DNA from: an uncultured Clostridia bacterium
GTDB taxonomy: Bacteria; Bacillota; Clostridia; Oscillospirales; CAG-272
NCBI GenBank assembly: GCA_944381075.1
Contig: CALWJT010000037.1
Span: forward strand, 57,879 to 121,878
Direction: 5' to 3'
DNA length: 64,000 bases
The notes below the pieces were generated by a model. That model searched no databases and was not told the DNA's origin. It worked only from the letters and a program-made list of their open reading frames with translations. Shown in pieces: positions 18,492 through 24,676 of this stretch. Both the position numbers and the translations under genes were made by a program. Every line of letters begins with the position of its first letter. Within the stretch, counting starts at the first letter, position 1.

Positions 18492-18722
18492 ATATGCCTC
18501 CGAAAAAAATTATGGTTCTCTGTAATAGGTGTTGCCGATTGCAGCGACCGAATCGAAAGAATCGGGAGCTGAAATGGTGATATGAAAGTTTTCTGTAATG
18601 TCAAAATTTTTATTTGTTGAGATAAGAGCATGAAGTACTTATCTTTAAAATGGTTATATCTCTTTTATTTTGTAAAAAAGTGTTGAAATATGGCATTTTT
18701 TTATAAAATAAATATAGATAAC

Positions 18723-18754
18723 AAAAAGAGAGCTGTTTTGACAGCTCTCTTTTT
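18723..18754. terminator. bidirectional intrinsic terminator (end of the Leu T-box operon)
   Basis: AAAAAGAGAGCTG-TTTTGA-CAGCTCTCTTTTT. Confidence 0.75.
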
Positions 18755-18856
18755 GTTATCGGTGACAAGGGCAATGTATGGCTGCGATATGACAGGATTT
18801 GTAAATCCGGCCCGCCGCCTGTGATTGCCTCTTGCCACACTTTCCGACCGCCGGCA

Positions 18857-21367
18857 TCAGCCTTCAGAAAGACCGAATTTTTTTGCCGCATCCTCGCGCA
18901 TTTTATATTTGAGGATCTTACCCGCTGCGTTCATCGGGAAGCTGTCCACGAAATCGACATAACGGGGGACCTTGTGTCTTGCCATGCTGGAGGCGACATA
19001 AGCTTTGATTTCCTCCTCCGTCGCGGTTTCGCCGTCGCGCAGGACGATGCACGCCATGATTTCCTCTCCATAGCGCTTGTCCGGAACCCCGATGACCTGC
19101 ACGTCCTTGACCTTGGGATACGTGTAGAGGAATTCCTCAATTTCCTTGGGATAGATGTTCTCGCCGCCGCGGATGATCATATCCTTGAGCCGTCCCGTGA
19201 TCCGGTAGCTGCCGTCCGGCGTGCGGCAGGCGAGATCTCCGGTATGCAGCCAGCCGTCTTTGTCAATAACGGCAGCGGTAGCGGACGGCATTTTGTAATA
19301 GCCCTTCATCACGTTGTAGCCGCGTGCGACAAACTCGCCGTTTGTACCGTCCGGCGCATCGAGCCCGGTTTCGGGATCTACGATCTTGCATTCCACATGC
19401 GGAAACGCATAGCCGACGGTTTCGCATCGGATGTCGAGCGGATCATCGAGCTCCGTCATGGTACAGCCGGGCGAGGACTCGGTCTGCCCATATACGCTGA
19501 CGATCCCTCTCATGTTCATTTCATCGGGCTGCGCCGCACGGCGCATGAGGTCCGCCGGACAGTTGGAGCCTGCCATGATGCCGGTACGCATATAGGAAAA
19601 GTCCGTTTTGCGGTAGTCCTCATGATTCATCATTGCGATGAACATCGTCGGCACGCCATGGAAGCAGGTGATATGCTCGTCGTTCACGCAGGCGAGCGAG
19701 GATTTCGGAGAAAAATAGGGAAGCGGCAGGACCGTCGCGCCATGCGTCATCGCGGCCGTCATCGCGAGCACCATTCCAAAGCAGTGGAACATCGGCACCT
19801 GGATCATCATGCGGTCCGCGGTAGAAAGGTCCATGCGGTCGCCGATACATTTCCCGTTGTTGACGACGTTGTAATGGGTGAGCATCACGCCTTTAGGAAA
19901 GCCGGTCGTGCCGGACGTATACTGCATGTTGCAGACATCCTGCGGGGATACCTTGGCGGCCATGGCGGCAACGGCTTCCGCCGAAACGCCCGTACTGCGC
20001 CGGAGCGCCTCCTCCCATGTCATGCAGCCCTTCTGGCGGAAGCCAACGGTGATGACGTTGCGCAGAAAGGGGAGCCTTTTTGCGTGGAGCGGTTCCATCG
20101 GCGCTTTTTTTTCAAGCTCCGGACAAAGCTCCGCTATGATCCCTGCATAATTGGAGTCACGCCATCCTTCGATCATGATAAGCGTATGCGTATCTGACTG
20201 ACGCAGCAGATATTCCGCCTCATGGATTTTGTAGGCCGTGTTGACTGTGACCAGCACCGCGCCGATTTTGGTCGTTGCCCAGAACGCGATATACCACTGA
20301 GGCAGATTGGTTGCCCATACCGCGACATGGGAGCCTGCGCGCACGCCCATGTCGACAAGCGCGCGGGCGAAGGTATCCACGTCGTCGCGGAACTGCGCAT
20401 AGGTGCGCGTATAGTCGAGTGTCGTGTATTTGAAGGCATACTGATCGGGAAATTCCTCGACGAGCCGGTCGAGCACCTCGGAAAAGGTAAGGTCGACGAG
20501 CGCCTCCTTCTGCCAGATGAATTTTCCGGTGTGCAGCTTGTTTTCATAGAGCTTTTTTTCCGCCCGCTCGCGGGTCCGGTAACGAGACATGTAGCTTGTG
20601 TAGTGCAGAAGGATGATGTCCATGTCGGTCATGTCGGGCATCCAAGCGGGGTCCCATTCCAGGGAGAGAAATCCGTCGTAGTTGATGGAGCGAAGTGCCA
20701 GCATCATGTCGTCCAAGGGCAGGGTACCTTCGCCGACGAGACGGTATTCCGCTTTGCCGCCGACCATCTCCGAATCCTTGAGGTGGACATGCCTGATATA
20801 AGCGCCGAGATTTTTCAGCGAGACCTCCGCGGACTCACCTGCCTTACGAAAGGTATGGTGCATATCCCAGAGCGCACCGAGGCTGTCGCAGGCGAAGCGG
20901 TCGAGCATCTGCATGAGCCTCGCTGTGTCCGCATAAATTCCGACGGTTTCGAGCAGCAGCGTGACACCTTTCTGTTCTGCCTCCGGCACAAGTGCTTTCA
21001 GATACCGATAGACGGTATCCTCTGTTTTTGGTACGTCTGTCCCGCAGGCGCGGATCCGCACATAGGGAATTTTCAGACTTGCCGCCGTCTCGATACAGGC
21101 GGCGATTTCCGTCGCGGTCACATCAAATTCCGCGGGGTCTCCGATATCGCATACGGAGTCGATGCAGGGGACGGAAAGCCCCATTTCCTGCAGGTTCCGA
21201 TAGGTGGCGCGCACCATATTTTGATCGAATACCGCGTTTTTTCCGGTAAACGTCGGATTGTGGATGTCGTGGATCTCGATTCCCTCATAGCCCAAGTCGC
21301 GGGCCTTCTCTAAATAATCCCCCCATTCGGGAAGATTCCATCCTTTGGTGGAAAATGAAAATTTCAT
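18857..21367 (-). CDS. fusion protein: N-terminal xylose-isomerase-like TIM barrel (sugar-phosphate isomerase/epimerase family) + C-terminal AMP-forming acyl-CoA synthetase/ligase
   Basis: aa 1-~265: MKFSFSTKGW...YEGIEIH...LLLETVG...LWDMHHT...HVHLKD...FLSLEWD (AP_endonuc_2-type barrel). aa ~300-836: YTSGTTGFPKGVMLTH, GYYKMP, HTGDLA..DGSYRITGRLKDMIIRGGENIYPKEIE, GKILK (ANL superfamily A3-A10 motifs). Confidence 0.85.
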   Translation of the reverse strand: MKFSFSTKGWNLPEWGDYLEKARDLGYEGIEIHDIHNPTFTGKNAVFDQNMVRATYRNLQEMGLSVPCIDSVCDIGDPAEFDVTATEIAACIETAASLKIPYVRIRACGTDVPKTEDTVYRYLKALVPEAEQKGVTLLLETVGIYADTARLMQMLDRFACDSLGALWDMHHTFRKAGESAEVSLKNLGAYIRHVHLKDSEMVGGKAEYRLVGEGTLPLDDMMLALRSINYDGFLSLEWDPAWMPDMTDMDIILLHYTSYMSRYRTRERAEKKLYENKLHTGKFIWQKEALVDLTFSEVLDRLVEEFPDQYAFKYTTLDYTRTYAQFRDDVDTFARALVDMGVRAGSHVAVWATNLPQWYIAFWATTKIGAVLVTVNTAYKIHEAEYLLRQSDTHTLIMIEGWRDSNYAGIIAELCPELEKKAPMEPLHAKRLPFLRNVITVGFRQKGCMTWEEALRRSTGVSAEAVAAMAAKVSPQDVCNMQYTSGTTGFPKGVMLTHYNVVNNGKCIGDRMDLSTADRMMIQVPMFHCFGMVLAMTAAMTHGATVLPLPYFSPKSSLACVNDEHITCFHGVPTMFIAMMNHEDYRKTDFSYMRTGIMAGSNCPADLMRRAAQPDEMNMRGIVSVYGQTESSPGCTMTELDDPLDIRCETVGYAFPHVECKIVDPETGLDAPDGTNGEFVARGYNVMKGYYKMPSATAAVIDKDGWLHTGDLACRTPDGSYRITGRLKDMIIRGGENIYPKEIEEFLYTYPKVKDVQVIGVPDKRYGEEIMACIVLRDGETATEEEIKAYVASSMARHKVPRYVDFVDSFPMNAAGKILKYKMREDAAKKFGLSEG

Positions 21368-21386
21368 GGCAGCTCCTTTCCCGCGC

Positions 21387-22787
21387 TTAAATATTCTCTT
21401 CGTATGCGATCTTGTTGAGGGCGTTCACATATGCGCGGATGCTCGAACCGATGATATCCGTGGAAATCCCGTTCCCAGAGTAAAGCTTTCCGTTCTGGCG
21501 GAGTCTTACGAGCGCCGCGCCCATTGCCTCCTTGCCCTCGGTGACGGACCGGATCTGAAAATCGTCCAGCTCATATTTGATGCCGATGATTTTGTCCACC
21601 GCGAGGAAGGCGGCGTCGATCGGACCATGGCCGGAGGAGACCCCCTCAAGGATTTCGCCGTTTTTTTCCATTTTGATATAAGCGGTGGAGGAGATCCCGC
21701 TGCCGTTGGTGACAAGGAAGCCGAGCAGCCGATACGTATCGGGGACCTGGAGGGCGACGGCGGCGATGATCGCCTCCAGCTCCACGGCGCCGACGCTTTT
21801 GCCTGACGCCGTGCTCACGACGGATTCATATACCCTTTCCATGTCCTCGTCGGAAAGATCGTATCCGAGCTTTCGGACAGCGGCGGAAACCGCTGTGATA
21901 TCGTCCCCTTCGCCTAAGGCTGAAATGTCGTTTTCGCTGTCAGGCGCCGGCATCCGGACGGCGGGCGCGTCTGCGAATTTTGCGACCAAGCCAAGCGCGC
22001 GCAGCGCACGATGGATCTCCGTCATCCGGATGCCGCAGGAAAGCCCCATATCCTCCCCGCGCGTGCGCAGGATCCCCGCGATATCGTGCAGATCGGGCGC
22101 GGCGCCCGCGCCGCCGACGGCGACCGCGGCACCCGCGGCGCCGGCGCGGAGCGCGGAGATGGTGCAGGCGGCAGCGAGCGTGATTTCATCGGAGCATTGT
22201 ACTTCGAGCGGAATGTCGGCGAGTGCCGGAACCTTTTCGATGAGCTTTTCGACGAAGGCGGACAATTCCTCCGGCATCATGGTGCCGGCGCTGTCGCATA
22301 CAAGGATTTTGGCGGCTCCTGCTGAAATGGCGGTATCGATTGCCTTTGCAAGGTAGGCAAATTCGCTTCTGGTGGCATCTTCTGCGGCAAAAACGACATG
22401 ATCTGTGTGGCTTTTCGCCTGACTCACGAGCTCGGCTATCATTTCAAGGACAGCTTCCGGCTTTTTTCCGCATCGATATTCCATTCCTACGGCAGAGGTC
22501 GGCGCGGCGATAAAAAGCTCCGGCTTTTCGGCGGTACATATGGCGTTCCATGCCTCGTCGACAGACGACGCCGTATAGCCTGACGGCAGGGAAAGCGTAC
22601 TGTCCGATACGACGGCGGCGATGGTTTTCACCGCCATGGTGTCCGGCTTTGAATCCCGGATGGCGGGCAGTCGGATCGCGTCGAGTCCGATCCTGTCGAG
22701 CACCTTTGCGATCTCGACCTTTTCTCTAAGGGAAAGGGAATTTCCCATTTCATAAAGTGTAATGTCGGTAAATGTAACTTTTTTCAT
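21387..22787 (-). CDS. LeuA-like protein (HMGL-like barrel + LeuA allosteric/dimerisation domain) with degenerate catalytic motifs
   Basis: Start MKKVTFTDITLYEMGN with RBS GGAGG. The overall IPMS layout and C-terminal LeuA_dimer domain (GHGPIDAAFLAVDKIIG...SVTEGKEAMGAALVRLRQNGKLYSGNGISTDIIGSSIRAYVNALNKI) are kept. DTTLRDGEQ is replaced by DITLYEMGN and the HxH metal motif by QCS. The track ORF start at 22931 runs into the T-box. Confidence 0.8.
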   Translation of the reverse strand: MKKVTFTDITLYEMGNSLSLREKVEIAKVLDRIGLDAIRLPAIRDSKPDTMAVKTIAAVVSDSTLSLPSGYTASSVDEAWNAICTAEKPELFIAAPTSAVGMEYRCGKKPEAVLEMIAELVSQAKSHTDHVVFAAEDATRSEFAYLAKAIDTAISAGAAKILVCDSAGTMMPEELSAFVEKLIEKVPALADIPLEVQCSDEITLAAACTISALRAGAAGAAVAVGGAGAAPDLHDIAGILRTRGEDMGLSCGIRMTEIHRALRALGLVAKFADAPAVRMPAPDSENDISALGEGDDITAVSAAVRKLGYDLSDEDMERVYESVVSTASGKSVGAVELEAIIAAVALQVPDTYRLLGFLVTNGSGISSTAYIKMEKNGEILEGVSSGHGPIDAAFLAVDKIIGIKYELDDFQIRSVTEGKEAMGAALVRLRQNGKLYSGNGISTDIIGSSIRAYVNALNKIAYEENI

Positions 22788-22815
22788 TTTGACCTCCGTG
22801 CATCCGATAGAAAAA

Positions 22816-23110
22816 TCAAAAAGTCGCCCCTGTGAAGAATCACAGGGACGACAAATTTCATCTGTTCGCGGTACCACCCCGATTACCGTCCAAAAGAACG
22901 GTCTCTCGATCCGATTCGGCGAGGAACTCATCCTCGTTTAAATCGGTGCAGCTGTAACGGGTGCGCCCGTAGCCTCCTACTTTCGTTTTTTCAGAGACTC
23001 CGCTCCGGAACGAGACTGTACCTGCTTCCGCCGCCGCCTGCTCTCACCGACCGCAGGCTCTCTGGATGCCGTAAAGCTGCACATAATTCCATCGTCGCGT
23101 TTTTGTATAC
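22816..23110 (-). promoter_or_regulatory. T-box leader, leucine specifier (CUC)
   Basis: On the minus strand: AGAGAG (23063-58), distal loop GGTGAGA, T-box motif AATCGGGGTGGTACCGCG (22884-67), terminator GTCGTCCCTGTG..CACAGGGGCGAC+TTTTT (22852-16). Specifier loop is ..ACAGU-CUC-G (CUC = 23014-12), followed by UUCC pairing with GGAA (23090-87). Confidence 0.85.
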
Positions 23111-23118
23111 TATTTTCA

Positions 23119-23147
23119 ACTATATCAGAAAATTTGATGTTTGTCAA
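23119..23147 (-). promoter_or_regulatory. consensus sigma-A promoter of the Leu T-box operon
   Basis: Minus strand: TTGACA (23147-42), 17 nt spacer, TGaTATAGT (-10 at 23124-19). Confidence 0.65.
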
Positions 23148-23195
23148 GCGGAATGTAAAAATTTTAAAAAAGAAAAACTGCGGATCGGTACCGTG

Positions 23196-23212
23196 AAAAC
23201 CGAACGTTCGGT
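23196..23212 (-). terminator. probable terminator of the amidohydrolase gene
   Basis: Palindrome ACCGAACGTTCGGT followed by TTTT on the minus strand, 22 nt after the stop. Confidence 0.5.
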
Positions 23213-23233
23213 CCCCGCGGGTCCTTGCATATT

Positions 23234-24028
23234 TTACTGTTTTGGTCCAAAGAGCCGTTCAAAGTTGCCGGCAAAGTACATTTCATATTCTTTTTCGGAA
23301 AGGCCGAAGGCTTTTACCCGTTCAAGCTCGCCTGTGGCGTTCCAGATCGGGAAGTCCGTTCCGAAAAAGAAACGGTCGATCCCGAATTTGTCAAACATGG
23401 AAAGGGCATAGTCGCGGGAGATAAACATCGTGGAGCTCGAGGTATCGAACCAGAGCCTGTCGGACGGCTCCAGCACGTCATGCGCCTCTTTCCAGCGCCG
23501 GTAGCCTCCGAAATGCGCTGCAATGACGGTAAGGTCCGGGATTTTTCTCATGACGGCGGCGAGCTTTGCGGGCGATGACGCTTCATACCGGTCGTCCCCC
23601 ATGTGCATGAGGATCGGGAGTCCGCGCTTTGCGATCGCACGGTAAAGAGGAAACCGTTTTTCGTCGTCGATATCGAATTTCTGAAAATCGGGATGCAGCT
23701 TGACGCCGCGAAGTCCGAGGCAGATCGCGCGGTCGAGCTCTTCTTCAAAATTCGGATAATCGGGATGGATGGAGGCAAGTGCCGTCATGCAGTCGTGGCT
23801 CCGAATGACCTGCGCCATGAAATCCGTGATCGTTTCAGTCTGCTCCGGCGTGACTGCGGCAGAGCAGACGAGAAAATGGGAAATGCCGGCAGCTTTTCCG
23901 TCTGCCAGCAGATTCGTGACGGAAGCCGGCGCGCAGTAGCGCATGTCGTAAAAGCCTCCGATGGATTTGGAGACCTTTTCTGCGATTTTATCGGGAAAAA
24001 TATGCGTGTGAGCGTCTATGATTTTCAT
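23234..24028 (-). CDS. amidohydrolase-2 family metal-dependent hydrolase (TIM barrel, COG2159-like)
   Basis: MKIIDAHTHIFPDKI (HxH metal site), ...GVKLHPDFQ...ILMHMGD...AAHFGG...FGTDFP are typical Amidohydro_2 motifs. Own promoter TTGCCA-17-TATAAT (24141-24113, minus strand). Confidence 0.8.
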   Translation of the reverse strand: MKIIDAHTHIFPDKIAEKVSKSIGGFYDMRYCAPASVTNLLADGKAAGISHFLVCSAAVTPEQTETITDFMAQVIRSHDCMTALASIHPDYPNFEEELDRAICLGLRGVKLHPDFQKFDIDDEKRFPLYRAIAKRGLPILMHMGDDRYEASSPAKLAAVMRKIPDLTVIAAHFGGYRRWKEAHDVLEPSDRLWFDTSSSTMFISRDYALSMFDKFGIDRFFFGTDFPIWNATGELERVKAFGLSEKEYEMYFAGNFERLFGPKQ

Positions 24029-24286
24029 TTCGCTTTGCCATCCTTTTCAAAAATTTCCGGCATCGGATTTTGATAACTTTGATAATAGGGAAAACACCGG
24101 AATTTTAAGAAAAAATTATAGCACGCTTTTTTTCTTTTGGCAAGAGAAATGGCGAATTTTATTGTTCTTCGGATTTCGGAAGGCAGACAGCCGCTTTTTT
24201 CTAATATTTGTCGAATACAAAATGGAAAATTAAAAAGGACTTCCCGCTCTACCTATTTAAGGAAAAGAAGATTTTTAAAAAAGTGC

Positions 24287-24315
24287 TTGACAAACCGGCA
24301 GAACTGTGATATAGT
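24287..24315 (+). promoter_or_regulatory. consensus sigma-A promoter of the Ile T-box operon
   Basis: TTGACA (24287-92), 17 nt spacer, TGaTATAGT (-10 at 24310-15). Confidence 0.65.
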
Positions 24316-24321
24316 CATCAA

Positions 24322-24596
24322 TAACAAGCAAAAGCTGTGACGGAGAGGATCCGAATACGATGCTTTCAGAGAGCCGGTGGCAGGTGAGAACCGGCAGCGG
24401 AGGATTCAGGCGGTCTATCGCTCCCGAGCTGGAATCGTGAAAATCGCGTGCGATGAAGTAGCGCTTCCCGTGATTGCTGCGTCAAGGCATGGGACTTGTC
24501 GGAGTCCGAGAGGGGCGGTCAGATGGCCGCAATTTGAGTGGTACCGCGGATGTATATTTACACCCGTCTCAAAGAGATTGAGACGGGTGTTTTTTG
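24322..24596 (+). promoter_or_regulatory. T-box leader, isoleucine specifier (AUC)
   Basis: Base stem AGCT/AGCT, K-turn GTGA (24337-40), AGAGAG (24368-73), distal loop GGTGAGA, T-box motif AATTTGAGTGGTACCGCGG (24531-49), terminator ACACCCGTCTC..GAGACGGGTGT+TTTTTT (24560-96). Specifier loop is ..GGUCU-AUC-G (24417-20), then CUCC pairing with GGAG (24342-45). Confidence 0.85.
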
Positions 24597-24676
24597 TTTA
24601 TAGCGCCCGTCCGGAACCTTATATTTTTATTTATCTAAGCTCCGCGACCGACGCGCGGAGGGAAAGGTTGAGCAAA

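Noticed and set aside
18821-21313. Long + strand ORFs 18821..20197 (458 aa) and 20222..21313 (363 aa)
   Set aside because: They are antisense shadows of the 836-aa fusion gene. Their composition is Arg/His/Gly-rich with no motifs. The minus-strand product has unambiguous ANL and TIM-barrel motifs.
24377-24676. N-terminal 100 codons of the track ORF 24377..26953. Analogous extensions occur at 22788..22931, 39002..39058 and 42276..42503.
   Set aside because: These extensions read straight through T-box or leader RNA elements and their terminators. Internal starts with good RBSs coincide with the beginning of recognisable protein homology.
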